Below are positions 33,713 through 44,017 of a DNA stretch of 64,000 nucleotides, one piece after another. The stretch is from Escherichia coli. GTDB taxonomy: Bacteria > Pseudomonadota > Gammaproteobacteria > Enterobacterales > Enterobacteriaceae. The first letter of the stretch is position 1. Every line of letters begins with the position of its first letter. The DNA lies in assembly GCF_001677475.2 (NCBI RefSeq), contig NZ_CP015229.1, one strand, 5' to 3'. The notes beneath the pieces are model-generated. The model did no database searches. It saw only the letters and a program-made list of their open reading frames with translations, and was not told the DNA's origin. The translations under genes and the position numbers were made by a program.

Positions 33713-35065
33713 GTGTTTATTGGTTTTGATTACGGTACAGCAAACTGTTCAGTGGCGGTCATGCGCGACGGTAAGCCGCAATTACTGAAAATGGAAAACG
33801 ACAGCACGCTGCTGCCTTCAATGCTTTGCGCGCCAACGCGTGAAGCGGTAAGCGAATGGCTGTACCGCCATCATGATGTTCCGGCAGACGACGATGAAAC
33901 GCAGGCGCTGTTGCGTCGGGCGATTCGTTATAACCGCGAAGAAGATATCGATGTTACGGCGAAAAGCGTGCAGTTCGGTCTTTCCTCACTGGCACAGTAC
34001 ATTGATGATCCAGAAGAAGTGTGGTTTGTGAAATCACCAAAATCGTTCCTCGGTGCCAGCGGCTTAAAACCGCAGCAGGTAGCGCTGTTTGAGGATCTGG
34101 TCTGCGCAATGATGTTACACATTCGCCAACAGGCGCAGGCGCAGCTGCCGGAGGCAATTACTCAGGCGGTGATTGGTCGCCCGATCAACTTCCAGGGGCT
34201 GGGCGGTGATGAAGCAAACACCCAGGCGCAAGGGATTCTGGAACGCGCGGCGAAGCGTGCCGGGTTTAAGGATGTGGTATTCCAGTACGAGCCGGTCGCG
34301 GCCGGGCTGGATTACGAAGCCACCTTACAGGAAGAAAAACGGGTGCTGGTGGTGGATATCGGCGGTGGTACGACTGACTGTTCATTGCTGCTGATGGGGC
34401 CGCAGTGGCGTTCGCGTCTCGATCGTGAAGCCAGCCTGCTGGGTCACAGTGGTTGCCGTATTGGCGGTAACGATCTGGATATCGCACTGGCGTTTAAAAA
34501 CCTGATGCCGTTACTGGGCATGGGTGGCGAAACCGAAAAAGGCATCGCCCTGCCGATTCTGCCGTGGTGGAATGCGGTTGCCATCAACGACGTACCTGCG
34601 CAAAGTGATTTCTACAGTAGTGCCAACGGTCGTCTGCTTAACGATCTGGTACGCGATGCCCGCGAACCGGATAAAGTGGCCCTGTTACAGAAAGTCTGGC
34701 GTCAGCGTTTAAGCTATCGCCTGGTACGTAGCGCAGAAGAGAGCAAAATTGCGCTTTCAAGCGTAGCGGAAACCCGCGCCTCACTGCCGTTTATCAGCGA
34801 TGAACTGGCTACGCTGATTAGCCAGCAAGGGCTGGAAAGCGCCCTCAACCAGCCACTGGCGCGGATTCTGGAACAGGTGCAACTGGCGCTGGATAACGCC
34901 CAGGAAAAACCGGATGTTATCTATCTGACCGGCGGTAGCGCCCGTTCACCGCTGATTAAAAAAGCGCTGACAGAACAGTTGCCGGGCATTCCGATTGCAG
35001 GTGGCGATGACTTTGGCTCCGTCACCGCCGGGCTGGCACGCTGGGCGGAAGTGGTGTTTCGTTAA
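33713..35065 (+). CDS. yegD: Hsp70-family (actin-like ATPase) protein YegD
   Basis: ORF 33650..35065; likely GTG start giving MFIGFDYGTANCSVAVMRDGKP... (450 aa); DnaK-like phosphate-1 motif. Confidence 0.85.
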   Translation: MFIGFDYGTANCSVAVMRDGKPQLLKMENDSTLLPSMLCAPTREAVSEWLYRHHDVPADDDETQALLRRAIRYNREEDIDVTAKSVQFGLSSLAQYIDDPEEVWFVKSPKSFLGASGLKPQQVALFEDLVCAMMLHIRQQAQAQLPEAITQAVIGRPINFQGLGGDEANTQAQGILERAAKRAGFKDVVFQYEPVAAGLDYEATLQEEKRVLVVDIGGGTTDCSLLLMGPQWRSRLDREASLLGHSGCRIGGNDLDIALAFKNLMPLLGMGGETEKGIALPILPWWNAVAINDVPAQSDFYSSANGRLLNDLVRDAREPDKVALLQKVWRQRLSYRLVRSAEESKIALSSVAETRASLPFISDELATLISQQGLESALNQPLARILEQVQLALDNAQEKPDVIYLTGGSARSPLIKKALTEQLPGIPIAGGDDFGSVTAGLARWAEVVFR

Positions 35066-35072
35066 TTGAAAA

Positions 35073-35118
35073 CTGGCTCAGCAGCGGCTTAAATCAGCCT
35101 GCGCCTGAGCCAGTTTTT
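35073..35118 (+). terminator. Candidate yegD terminator lying in the 3' end of the convergent yegI
   Basis: ctggctcag-(23 nt)-ctgagccag followed by ttttt. Confidence 0.35.
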
Positions 35119-37018
35119 CTGCCGCCTGACGTAACGGTTCCATCAACGGCATGGTCCGTGCTGGAGCATGAAGGCGGAATCGCTGCAACTCTGTCGCGCC
35201 GACTGTCAACGCCGATTCCAGCCGATGTCGTTTGGCGGCCATTTTTGCCATTACCGCTTGTCTGTCTGCAGGCGTTATCGCTTCATTCGGCCTGAACACA
35301 AAACGGCGTTCACAGCTCGCTTTCCAGTCGATAACCGCCTGGGTCAGATGGTCGCCAAACCCTTTCACTTGCTTAACACCACGACGGGTAACATCCGCTG
35401 CTGTTTCAATACCAAAGGACCGTAACGCCGCTTTACGCGCAGGGCCAACGCCGGGAATAGAGGCAACATCAATAAAAAATCCCTCCAGAAACTTCTGCTT
35501 CTGCCGTTCCCTTGCAGTGTCATGAAGTGCTGCCAGAGCGCGTTTCTCTTCTTCCGGTAACCCGAGAATTTCGTTCTTCATTTTTTCGAGCATCGTCCGT
35601 TTGGCGATAAAACCTTCCAGCCCGCCCAACTGTTGGATCTGGCTGACTAAATGGTCATAGTCCATTTTTGCGCGATTAAAAGCCTCTCTTCGTCGCTGGA
35701 CTTCTGCTTTGTACGCTTTGCTTGTCAGGCTGCCAATAATCCAGATAGCCGCCAGCACGGGAACCAAAATGATATAACGCGGTTCTACCTGAAGGCCGCA
35801 AAGCAGCAGCGATAATGCTGACAGTGCGATCTCAATCAGAATGATGTATTCACGCCGTAACAGGCCTAAAGGAAGCGGCCTGCCAGTCGGTTGGAAATGA
35901 TCGGGTAATGGTAATTGCAATGCTGGCGGTGCTACTGACGCCATCACCATCGCCCAGACTTTCGCCAGCACAAAATCACCACTGGTGGTAATGACCTCTT
36001 CGCCGAGATCAATAAAATAGATAACGCCTTGATTATCCAGCGCACACCACGGGCAGTCAGTCAAATGACCGGGGTAAACATGCATTGCCGAAACGGTACA
36101 TTTCTTTAACTGTTGGCGTAGTAAATCAAGTGCCGCTACCCACGCTTTTGCCGTCGGACGCGCGGTTGCCACGCCACTTTCCGTGAATGCCTGCTGAAAC
36201 ATGGCTTCAACATCGCCCGGTAACATCGACAGCGGAATAGATCGTGGCGGCGGTTTTAAACCACGCCGCTGATTATCTGACGCGTAGGCATAACGGAAAT
36301 GAGCAATATCCGTCTCCAGCGCATTCCCCGCATCAGAGATAAGCGGTACACCGGAATAAGGATGCCGACCACCAAACAAGACGTGAAAAATCAGCAACGC
36401 AAGGCCAAAATTATCGTGATTCGCGGTGCGTTCAAAGCCGACAAATGATGGCAATGTTTGCAGCTCTGGCGGCGTAAAATGCGACACGCCGACTTCGCAT
36501 AAATGCAGCGTGCCATTGGCGTTAATCTGAAAGGAGTCGCTATCAATCAACACCACTTTGCTGTCGCGACCTACCATAAAGCTGTTCTGGTTTACGTCCC
36601 CCACGACGTGCCCGTGCTCGTGAACCGTAGCAAAAGATGAAGCAATATTGCGCGCAACATAGAGTAGAAAATCCCACGCACAATGAGGGTAACTCTGGCG
36701 ACGATGTGCCGGGCTATAGATCATATGAATCGGTTCTTTACCAGAAACTTTTGGCATCATAAAACCGATAACTTTTCCGCCTCGTCCACCGTGAAGCGTT
36801 GCCTGCGGCCAGGCGACATAATTCAGCAACTGCGCGTCAGCTGTCGCAGCCATAAAGGCAAGTTTGTCCTGTTTTAATGCGGGTGGCGGCGTGTGATAAA
36901 TCTTGGCGACGCTATCGACAAACTCCTCGATATCATAAACCGCGCCTTCGCCACCTTTGCCCAGTTCACGGCCTGGCGTAACGCACTCACCAGTAGCAGT
37001 ATATAAAGTGTGTTTCAT
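35078..37018 (-). CDS. yegI: Ser/Thr protein kinase-like protein YegI
   Basis: ORF 35078..37027; ATG at 37016-37018 ([11 protein letters not shown]...) overlaps the pphC stop as ATGA; protein-kinase-like N-terminal half, internal TM segment. Confidence 0.8.
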   Translation of the reverse strand: MKHTLYTATGECVTPGRELGKGGEGAVYDIEEFVDSVAKIYHTPPPALKQDKLAFMAATADAQLLNYVAWPQATLHGGRGGKVIGFMMPKVSGKEPIHMIYSPAHRRQSYPHCAWDFLLYVARNIASSFATVHEHGHVVGDVNQNSFMVGRDSKVVLIDSDSFQINANGTLHLCEVGVSHFTPPELQTLPSFVGFERTANHDNFGLALLIFHVLFGGRHPYSGVPLISDAGNALETDIAHFRYAYASDNQRRGLKPPPRSIPLSMLPGDVEAMFQQAFTESGVATARPTAKAWVAALDLLRQQLKKCTVSAMHVYPGHLTDCPWCALDNQGVIYFIDLGEEVITTSGDFVLAKVWAMVMASVAPPALQLPLPDHFQPTGRPLPLGLLRREYIILIEIALSALSLLLCGLQVEPRYIILVPVLAAIWIIGSLTSKAYKAEVQRRREAFNRAKMDYDHLVSQIQQLGGLEGFIAKRTMLEKMKNEILGLPEEEKRALAALHDTARERQKQKFLEGFFIDVASIPGVGPARKAALRSFGIETAADVTRRGVKQVKGFGDHLTQAVIDWKASCERRFVFRPNEAITPADRQAVMAKMAAKRHRLESALTVGATELQRFRLHAPARTMPLMEPLRQAAEKLAQAQADLSRC

Positions 37019-37776
37019 GGTAACCACAGCGCCAGTGCCAACGTTTTATCATCATCGGTACGCTCGTTTACCGCCGGGCTGGACAAAAACTGCTTTAACA
37101 ATTCAGGTAATAAATCGAGTTGTTCCTGCGTTGCTGACACCAGCCCATTGAAAAACGGGGTAAAGAAAGGCACATGGGGAGAATTATCCAGCATATTTAA
37201 CGCCAGCCGCTGGATACCATCCGTAAATGCTGCAACTTTGTGCGCACGCTCAGTGCTGGTGAAAGTTTCCAGTCTGGAAACCGCATCTTCATCGGTAATG
37301 AAGTGCGTCATGTTGGCATATTCACCCACCATCGGCGTGAGCGGCAGTTGCAGACCGTGCCCCAAATCTACCACCACACCGCCGTCGCCAATCTGCATAA
37401 TCAGGGTGCCATTAGCTGATGAAATCAATCCCAGAAACGTGCAGGCAAAATCGCGAACAGCTAATTCTTTGGCTTCCGCCTCGGCAAAAAGTCGCTGACG
37501 AACGGTCAGCACAATATCCGTTGCGAGGACATCATTGAGCCCCAATTCCCCGCCCTGCACTTTTTGCATCATATAAGCCATCGCTTCATTGACGGCGAGC
37601 ATCGCGCCTTCGCCACCCTGCGAGACGCTACCTGCGCCATCGGCGACAAATACCGACAATAATGGCTGCTGGTCATTTAGCCAGGCAACCTGCATCTGGC
37701 AGGCATCCTGGCAAGGCAAGTCCGCGCTGATGTGCGACGTTCCAACGGTTGATGCATAGACCAGACGCCAGCTCAC
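37015..37776 (-). CDS. pphC: PP2C-family Ser/Thr phosphatase PphC (YegK)
   Basis: 253-aa [30 protein letters not shown]...[12 protein letters not shown]...; start overlaps the yegL stop by 4 bp. Confidence 0.85.
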   Translation of the reverse strand: MSWRLVYASTVGTSHISADLPCQDACQMQVAWLNDQQPLLSVFVADGAGSVSQGGEGAMLAVNEAMAYMMQKVQGGELGLNDVLATDIVLTVRQRLFAEAEAKELAVRDFACTFLGLISSANGTLIMQIGDGGVVVDLGHGLQLPLTPMVGEYANMTHFITDEDAVSRLETFTSTERAHKVAAFTDGIQRLALNMLDNSPHVPFFTPFFNGLVSATQEQLDLLPELLKQFLSSPAVNERTDDDKTLALALWLP

Positions 37777-38432
37777 ACTGACGTCCAGCCTTTTGGCGCT
37801 TCCAGCACAACTTCCGTTCCCGGCGTGGAGCGGGAAACCGAACGCAGCGAACTGGATAACCAGCTAAACAGTTCACGGAATTGTAATCCCTGCAGTGGCA
37901 AAGGCTGACGAACGCTGATTTGTGCCAGCGTCTTCATATCCGCCCCCTGAACGCCGATGGCAAAGAAGGCAAACTTCTTACCTTCTTCCCCCTGAAACAC
38001 TTTGTTGGCGGCTGCCTGCCACTCATCGGTTGGTGCACCATCAGTGATCATGAAAATCCACGGACGATAATAGGAAATACCATTGGCGCGATACTCACGT
38101 TTGCGCTCCTCAACCATATCCAGGGCTTTGGTAATGGCGGCCCCCATTGGTGTATCGCCCTGGGCAAACAGGATGGGCGGGAAAAAGTTAGCGGCGCTGG
38201 TAAAGGGTTGTTCCACATGCACTGGGCCGAACGTCACAATACCAAGTTCCACTCTTTTTAAGGCCAGCGGGTCGGCAAGCAGCTCATCGCGAAAGGTAAC
38301 CAATCCGGCGTTAAGTTCATTAATGGGTCTACCGTTCATCGAACCAGAAACATCCAGCAGCAAAATGCAGGGGCAACGTGGTTCCGGGTTACTGGCAAAA
38401 TCGCTGGTGGCAAACGTGATTTGTTCGCTCAT
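37773..38432 (-). CDS. yegL: von Willebrand factor A domain protein YegL
   Basis: 219-aa ORF with vWA MIDAS motif (LLLDVSGSM). Confidence 0.85.
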   Translation of the reverse strand: MSEQITFATSDFASNPEPRCPCILLLDVSGSMNGRPINELNAGLVTFRDELLADPLALKRVELGIVTFGPVHVEQPFTSAANFFPPILFAQGDTPMGAAITKALDMVEERKREYRANGISYYRPWIFMITDGAPTDEWQAAANKVFQGEEGKKFAFFAIGVQGADMKTLAQISVRQPLPLQGLQFRELFSWLSSSLRSVSRSTPGTEVVLEAPKGWTSV

Positions 38433-38613
38433 AAGAAATCCTTTCTTAGAGAATTATTGAGGTCCGGTATCATACCGATTGCAATAATGAAATAAGAGCA
38501 AACGAAGAAACTTTCAGAATTAGTCCCGGCGGCGCAGAAAATTTTGCTATTCGCCTCGCAAGAACGGAGAGCCGTCGATTGACACTAAGGGCGGAGTGAC
38601 ATAATTTCAGGAG

Positions 38614-38763
38614 TGAGGGTTAGGGAGAGGTTTCCCCCTCCCCCTGGTGTTCTTAGTAAGCCTGGAAGCTAATCACTAAGAGTATCACCAGTATGATGAC
38701 GTGCTTCATCATAACCCTTTCCTTATTAAAAGCCCTCTTCTCCGGGAGAGGCTTTCCCGTTTC
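38614..38763 (+). ncRNA. sibA: Sib antitoxin sRNA, copy 1 (SibA-like); ends approximate
   Basis: Promoter ttgaca (38579-84), 17-bp spacer, taattt; antisense to the whole ibs ORF; terminator hairpin agccctcttctccgggagaggct plus tttcccgttt. Confidence 0.6.
38653..38712 (-). CDS. ibsA: Ibs type I toxin peptide, 19 aa (MMKHVIILVILLVISFQAY)
   Basis: Minus-strand atgatgaagcacgtcatcatactggtgatactcttagtgattagcttccaggcttactaa; hydrophobic Ibs-family peptide fully overlapped by the antisense Sib. Confidence 0.8.
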   Translation of the reverse strand: MMKHVIILVILLVISFQAY

Positions 38764-38948
38764 AGCGTCCCGCTGAAATCGTCGGCTTACCTCCTTTCGC
38801 CCTGAATGCAGTCTATCGCTAACGCGTGAACAAAATAGTTTCCTCTGTGATTATTGCGTAACGACTCGCAAAGAATATTTGCTGGCAGGATCGCAGACTG
38901 CAAAGCCTGCAGATTGACAATCTTATCGTGAAGGCATACTTTCAGGAG

Positions 38949-39090
38949 TGAGGGTAGAGCGGGGGTTCCCCCGCCCTGGTAGTCTTAGTAAGCCGGGAAG
39001 CTTATGACTAAGAGCACCACGATGATGATCCACTTCATCATGACCCTTTCCTTATTTAAGGCCCCTTCCTCGGGAGGGGCTTTCCCGTTT
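38949..39090 (+). ncRNA. sibB: Sib antitoxin sRNA, copy 2; ends approximate
   Basis: Promoter ttgaca (38914-19), N17, tacttt (38937-42); terminator gccccttcctcgggaggggc plus tttcccgttt. Confidence 0.6.
38985..39041 (-). CDS. ibsB: Ibs type I toxin peptide, 18 aa (MMKWIIIVVLLVISFPAY)
   Basis: Minus-strand atgatgaagtggatcatcatcgtggtgctcttagtcataagcttcccggcttactaa. Confidence 0.8.
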   Translation of the reverse strand: MMKWIIIVVLLVISFPAY

Positions 39091-39276
39091 CAGCGTCCCG
39101 CTGAAATCATCGGCTTACCTCCTTTCGCCCTGAATGCAGTCTATCGCTGACTTGCGGATAAAATAGTTTCACATGTGATTATTGCGTAGCGTCTCGCAAA
39201 GAATATTTGCTGGCAGGATCGCAGACTGCAAAGCCTGCAGATTGACAATCTTATCGTGAAGGCATACTTTCAGGAG

Positions 39277-39418
39277 TGAGGGTAGAGCGGGGTTTCCCCC
39301 GCCCTGGTAGTCTTAGTAAGCTGGCCAGCTAATGACTAAGAGCACCACGATGATGAGTATCTTCATCATGACCCTTTCCTTATTTAAGACCCCTTCCTCG
39401 GGAGGGGCTTTCCCGTTT
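39277..39418 (+). ncRNA. Sib antitoxin sRNA, copy 3; ends approximate
   Basis: Promoter ttgaca (39242-47), N17, tacttt (39265-70); terminator hairpin 39388-39408 plus T-run. Confidence 0.6.
39313..39369 (-). CDS. Ibs type I toxin peptide, 18 aa (MMKILIIVVLLVISWPAY)
   Basis: Minus-strand atgatgaagatactcatcatcgtggtgctcttagtcattagctggccagcttactaa. Confidence 0.75.
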   Translation of the reverse strand: MMKILIIVVLLVISWPAY

Positions 39419-39576
39419 CAGCGTCCCGCTGAAATCGTCGGCTTACCTCCTTTCGCCATGCAAGCAGTCTATCGCTAACGCGTAGATAAAATAGTTTCAT
39501 GTGTTATTACTGGATGCGTGCTCGCAAATGTGCCCGTCATTCAGACGATTCCCGACAGTGTTTCATAATTCCTCCA

Positions 39577-39594
39577 TTTTTCTCCCTTATTGGC
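39577..39594 (+). promoter_or_regulatory. BaeR box upstream of mdtA
   Basis: ttttTCTCCCTTATTGGC versus published BaeR consensus TTTTTCTCCATDATTGGC (one mismatch), about 55 bp upstream of the mdtA ATG. Confidence 0.65.
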
Positions 39595-39647
39595 TGGCTA
39601 CACTAGTATCATTCCGCGAAACGTTTCAGGAAGAGAAACTCTTAACG

Positions 39648-40895
39648 ATGAAAGGCAGTTATAAATCCCGTTGGGTAATCGTAATCGTGGTGGTTATCGC
39701 CGCCATCGCCGCATTCTGGTTCTGGCAAGGCCGCAATGACTCCCGGAGTGCAGCCCCAGGGGCGACGAAACAAGCGCAGCAATCGCCAGCGGGTGGTCGC
39801 CGTGGTATGCGTTCCGGCCCATTAGCCCCGGTTCAGGCGGCGACCGCCGTAGAACAGGCAGTTCCGCGTTACCTCACCGGGCTTGGCACCATTACCGCCG
39901 CTAATACTGTTACGGTGCGCAGCCGCGTGGACGGTCAACTGATGGCGTTGCATTTCCAGGAAGGCCAGCAGGTCAAAGCAGGCGATTTATTGGCAGAAAT
40001 TGACCCCAGCCAGTTCAAAGTTGCATTAGCACAAGCCCAGGGCCAACTGGCAAAAGATAAAGCCACGCTTGCCAACGCCCGCCGTGACCTGGCGCGTTAT
40101 CAACAACTGGTAAAAACCAATCTCGTCTCCCGCCAGGAGCTGGATGCCCAACAAGCGCTGGTCAGTGAAACCGAAGGCACCATTAAGGCTGATGAAGCAA
40201 GCGTCGCCAGCGCACAGCTGCAACTCGACTGGAGCCGTATTACCGCACCAGTCGATGGTCGCGTTGGTCTCAAGCAGGTTGATGTTGGTAACCAAATCTC
40301 CAGTGGTGATACCACCGGGATTGTGGTGATCACCCAGACGCATCCTATCGATTTGCTCTTTACCCTGCCGGAAAGCGATATCGCTACCGTCGTGCAGGCG
40401 CAAAAAGCCGGGAAACCGCTGGTGGTAGAAGCCTGGGATCGCACCAATTCAAAGAAATTAAGCGAAGGCACGCTGTTAAGTCTCGATAACCAAATCGATG
40501 CCACAACCGGTACGATTAAAGTGAAAGCACGCTTTAATAATCAGGATGATGCGCTGTTTCCCAATCAGTTTGTTAACGCGCGCATGTTAGTCGACACCGA
40601 ACAAAACGCCGTAGTGATCCCAACAGCCGCCCTGCAAATGGGCAATGAAGGCCATTTTGTCTGGGTGCTGAATAGCGAAAACAAGGTCAGCAAACATCTG
40701 GTGACGCCGGGCATTCAGGACAGTCAGAAAGTGGTGATCCGTGCAGGTATTTCTGCGGGCGATCGCGTGGTGACAGACGGCATTGATCGCCTGACCGAAG
40801 GGGCGAAAGTGGAAGTGGTGGAAGCCCAGAGCGCCACTACTCCGGAAGAGAAAGCCACCAGCCGCGAATACGCGAAAAAAGGAGCACGCTCCTGA
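39648..40895 (+). CDS. mdtA: RND efflux membrane-fusion (periplasmic adaptor) protein MdtA
   Basis: ORF 39501..40895 trimmed to [28 protein letters not shown]... (415 aa). Confidence 0.9.
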   Translation: MKGSYKSRWVIVIVVVIAAIAAFWFWQGRNDSRSAAPGATKQAQQSPAGGRRGMRSGPLAPVQAATAVEQAVPRYLTGLGTITAANTVTVRSRVDGQLMALHFQEGQQVKAGDLLAEIDPSQFKVALAQAQGQLAKDKATLANARRDLARYQQLVKTNLVSRQELDAQQALVSETEGTIKADEASVASAQLQLDWSRITAPVDGRVGLKQVDVGNQISSGDTTGIVVITQTHPIDLLFTLPESDIATVVQAQKAGKPLVVEAWDRTNSKKLSEGTLLSLDNQIDATTGTIKVKARFNNQDDALFPNQFVNARMLVDTEQNAVVIPTAALQMGNEGHFVWVLNSENKVSKHLVTPGIQDSQKVVIRAGISAGDRVVTDGIDRLTEGAKVEVVEAQSATTPEEKATSREYAKKGARS

Positions 40896-43800
40896 TGCAG
40901 GTGTTACCCCCGAGCAGCACAGGCGGCCCGTCGCGCCTGTTTATTATGCGTCCTGTCGCCACCACGCTGCTGATGGTGGCGATCTTACTCGCCGGGATTA
41001 TCGGTTATCGCGCCCTGCCCGTTTCGGCGCTGCCGGAAGTGGACTATCCGACCATTCAGGTGGTCACGCTCTACCCAGGTGCCAGCCCGGATGTCATGAC
41101 CTCTGCCGTTACCGCGCCGCTCGAACGCCAGTTCGGGCAGATGTCCGGCCTGAAACAGATGTCGTCGCAAAGTTCCGGCGGTGCGTCAGTTATCACTTTG
41201 CAGTTCCAGCTAACATTACCGCTCGATGTCGCCGAGCAGGAAGTGCAGGCCGCGATTAACGCTGCGACCAACTTGTTGCCGAGCGATCTGCCTAACCCGC
41301 CGGTTTACAGCAAAGTGAACCCGGCAGATCCGCCGATCATGACGCTCGCCGTCACCTCAACCGCCATGCCGATGACGCAAGTGGAAGATATGGTGGAAAC
41401 CCGCGTCGCGCAGAAAATCTCGCAGATTTCCGGTGTCGGCCTGGTGACGCTTTCCGGCGGGCAGCGTCCGGCTGTTCGCGTCAAACTTAACGCTCAGGCG
41501 ATTGCCGCCCTCGGCCTGACCAGCGAAACCGTGCGCACCGCCATTACCGGCGCTAACGTCAACTCGGCAAAAGGTAGCCTCGACGGCCCTTCCCGTGCGG
41601 TCACGCTTTCCGCGAACGACCAGATGCAATCCGCCGAAGAGTATCGCCAGCTGATCATCGCCTACCAGAACGGCGCACCGATTCGTCTGGGCGATGTCGC
41701 AACTGTAGAGCAAGGTGCAGAAAACAGCTGGCTCGGCGCGTGGGCGAACAAAGAACAGGCCATTGTGATGAATGTTCAGCGCCAGCCCAGTGCTAACATT
41801 ATCTCCACCGCCGACAGCATCCGGCAGATGCTGCCACAGCTCACCGAAAGTCTGCCGAAATCGGTGAAGGTAACGGTACTTTCTGACCGCACCACCAATA
41901 TTCGCGCATCCGTCGATGATACTCAGTTTGAATTGATGATGGCTATCGCGCTGGTAGTCATGATTATCTACCTGTTTTTACGCAATATTCCGGCGACCAT
42001 CATTCCCGGTGTTGCCGTGCCGCTGTCGTTAATCGGCACTTTTGCGGTTATGGTGTTTCTCGATTTTTCAATCAATAACCTGACGCTGATGGCGTTAACT
42101 ATCGCCACCGGATTCGTGGTCGATGACGCCATCGTGGTGATCGAAAACATTTCCCGCTATATCGAAAAAGGCGAAAAACCGCTGGCGGCGGCGCTCAAAG
42201 GCGCGGGTGAGATCGGCTTTACCATTATCTCGCTGACCTTCTCGCTGATTGCGGTGTTGATCCCACTGCTGTTTATGGGCGATATCGTCGGGCGATTGTT
42301 CCGCGAATTTGCTATTACTCTGGCGGTAGCGATTTTGATCTCAGCGGTGGTGTCGCTGACCCTGACACCGATGATGTGCGCGCGGATGCTCAGCCAGGAG
42401 TCGTTGCGTAAACAGAACCGCTTCTCCCGTGCCTCGGAAAAAATGTTCGACAGGATAATCGCCGCCTATGGTCGTGGACTGGCGAAAGTGCTGAATCATC
42501 CGTGGCTGACCTTAAGCGTGGCGCTCAGCACGCTGCTGCTTAGCGTACTGCTGTGGGTGTTCATTCCGAAAGGTTTCTTCCCGGTACAGGACAACGGCAT
42601 TATTCAGGGCACCTTGCAGGCACCGCAATCCAGCTCCTTTGCCAATATGGCCCAGCGGCAACGCCAGGTCGCGGATGTGATTTTACAAGATCCGGCAGTG
42701 CAAAGCCTGACCTCATTTGTTGGCGTTGATGGCACTAACCCGTCGCTGAACAGTGCGCGTTTACAGATCAACCTCAAACCGTTGGATGAACGTGATGATC
42801 GGGTGCAAAAAGTCATCACCCGTCTGCAAACGGCGGTGGATAAAGTGCCGGGCGTCGATCTCTTCTTGCAACCAACGCAGGACCTGACCATCGATACTCA
42901 GGTCAGCCGCACCCAGTACCAGTTTACCTTGCAGGCCACGTCACTGGATGCGCTCAGTACCTGGGTGCCGCAGCTCATGGAAAAACTCCAGCAATTGCCA
43001 CAGCTTTCTGATGTCTCCAGCGACTGGCAGGACAAAGGGCTGGTGGCGTATGTCAATGTTGATCGCGACAGCGCCAGCCGTCTGGGGATCAGCATGGCGG
43101 ATGTCGATAACGCCCTGTACAACGCGTTTGGTCAGCGACTGATTTCCACTATTTATACTCAGGCTAACCAGTATCGCGTGGTGCTGGAACACAACACCGA
43201 AAATACCCCAGGCCTCGCGGCGCTGGATACCATTCGCCTGACCAGCAGCGACGGTGGCGTGGTGCCGTTAAGCTCAATTGCCAAAATTGAGCAGCGTTTT
43301 GCGCCACTTTCCATCAACCATCTGGATCAGTTCCCGGTAACGACCATCTCCTTTAACGTGCCGGATAACTATTCGCTGGGCGATGCGGTGCAGGCGATTA
43401 TGGACACCGAAAAGACGCTGAATCTACCGGTGGATATCACCACGCAGTTCCAGGGCAGCACCCTCGCCTTCCAGTCGGCGCTTGGCAGCACTGTCTGGCT
43501 GATTGTCGCGGCGGTGGTGGCGATGTATATCGTGCTCGGCATTCTGTACGAGAGCTTTATTCACCCGATCACCATTCTCTCGACGCTACCCACCGCAGGG
43601 GTCGGCGCGCTGCTGGCATTAATGATTGCCGGTAGCGAACTGGATGTGATTGCGATTATCGGCATTATTTTGCTGATCGGTATCGTGAAGAAGAACGCCA
43701 TCATGATGATCGACTTCGCGCTGGCTGCTGAGCGTGAGCAAGGCATGTCGCCGCGCGATGCAATCTACCAGGCTTGTCTGTTGCGTTTTCGTCCGATCCT

Positions 43801-44017
43801 GATGACCACTCTGGCGGCACTGCTTGGCGCGCTGCCGCTGATGTTGAGTACCGGGGTCGGCGCGGAACTGCGTCGTCCGTTAGGTATCGGCATGGTCGGC
43901 GGTCTGATTGTCAGCCAGGTGCTGACGCTGTTTACCACGCCGGTGATTTATTTGCTGTTCGACCGCCTGGCATTGTGGACCAAAAGCCGCTTTGCCCGTC
44001 ATGAAGAGGAGGCGTAA
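40895..44017 (+). CDS. mdtB: RND multidrug efflux transporter MdtB
   Basis: 1040-aa [37 protein letters not shown]...; AcrB/RND superfamily; start overlaps the mdtA stop (TGATG). Confidence 0.9.
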   Translation: MQVLPPSSTGGPSRLFIMRPVATTLLMVAILLAGIIGYRALPVSALPEVDYPTIQVVTLYPGASPDVMTSAVTAPLERQFGQMSGLKQMSSQSSGGASVITLQFQLTLPLDVAEQEVQAAINAATNLLPSDLPNPPVYSKVNPADPPIMTLAVTSTAMPMTQVEDMVETRVAQKISQISGVGLVTLSGGQRPAVRVKLNAQAIAALGLTSETVRTAITGANVNSAKGSLDGPSRAVTLSANDQMQSAEEYRQLIIAYQNGAPIRLGDVATVEQGAENSWLGAWANKEQAIVMNVQRQPSANIISTADSIRQMLPQLTESLPKSVKVTVLSDRTTNIRASVDDTQFELMMAIALVVMIIYLFLRNIPATIIPGVAVPLSLIGTFAVMVFLDFSINNLTLMALTIATGFVVDDAIVVIENISRYIEKGEKPLAAALKGAGEIGFTIISLTFSLIAVLIPLLFMGDIVGRLFREFAITLAVAILISAVVSLTLTPMMCARMLSQESLRKQNRFSRASEKMFDRIIAAYGRGLAKVLNHPWLTLSVALSTLLLSVLLWVFIPKGFFPVQDNGIIQGTLQAPQSSSFANMAQRQRQVADVILQDPAVQSLTSFVGVDGTNPSLNSARLQINLKPLDERDDRVQKVITRLQTAVDKVPGVDLFLQPTQDLTIDTQVSRTQYQFTLQATSLDALSTWVPQLMEKLQQLPQLSDVSSDWQDKGLVAYVNVDRDSASRLGISMADVDNALYNAFGQRLISTIYTQANQYRVVLEHNTENTPGLAALDTIRLTSSDGGVVPLSSIAKIEQRFAPLSINHLDQFPVTTISFNVPDNYSLGDAVQAIMDTEKTLNLPVDITTQFQGSTLAFQSALGSTVWLIVAAVVAMYIVLGILYESFIHPITILSTLPTAGVGALLALMIAGSELDVIAIIGIILLIGIVKKNAIMMIDFALAAEREQGMSPRDAIYQACLLRFRPILMTTLAALLGALPLMLSTGVGAELRRPLGIGMVGGLIVSQVLTLFTTPVIYLLFDRLALWTKSRFARHEEEA

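Larger units (their letters stand above)
38590..39560. repeat. Three tandem Sib/Ibs (QUAD) repeat units of about 330 bp
   Basis: Units starting near 38595, 38930 and 39250 share promoter (ttgaca-N17-tacttt), ggagtgaggg, the ibs ORF and hairpin/terminator blocks. Confidence 0.85.

Noticed and set aside
38433-39647. Possible CRISPR-like array suggested by the regular ~330-bp periodicity
   Set aside because: The repeat units are about 330 bp, not 28-37 bp, and each contains a promoter, a small ORF and terminators. This is the Sib/Ibs (QUAD) tandem repeat, not a CRISPR array. No cas genes are present.
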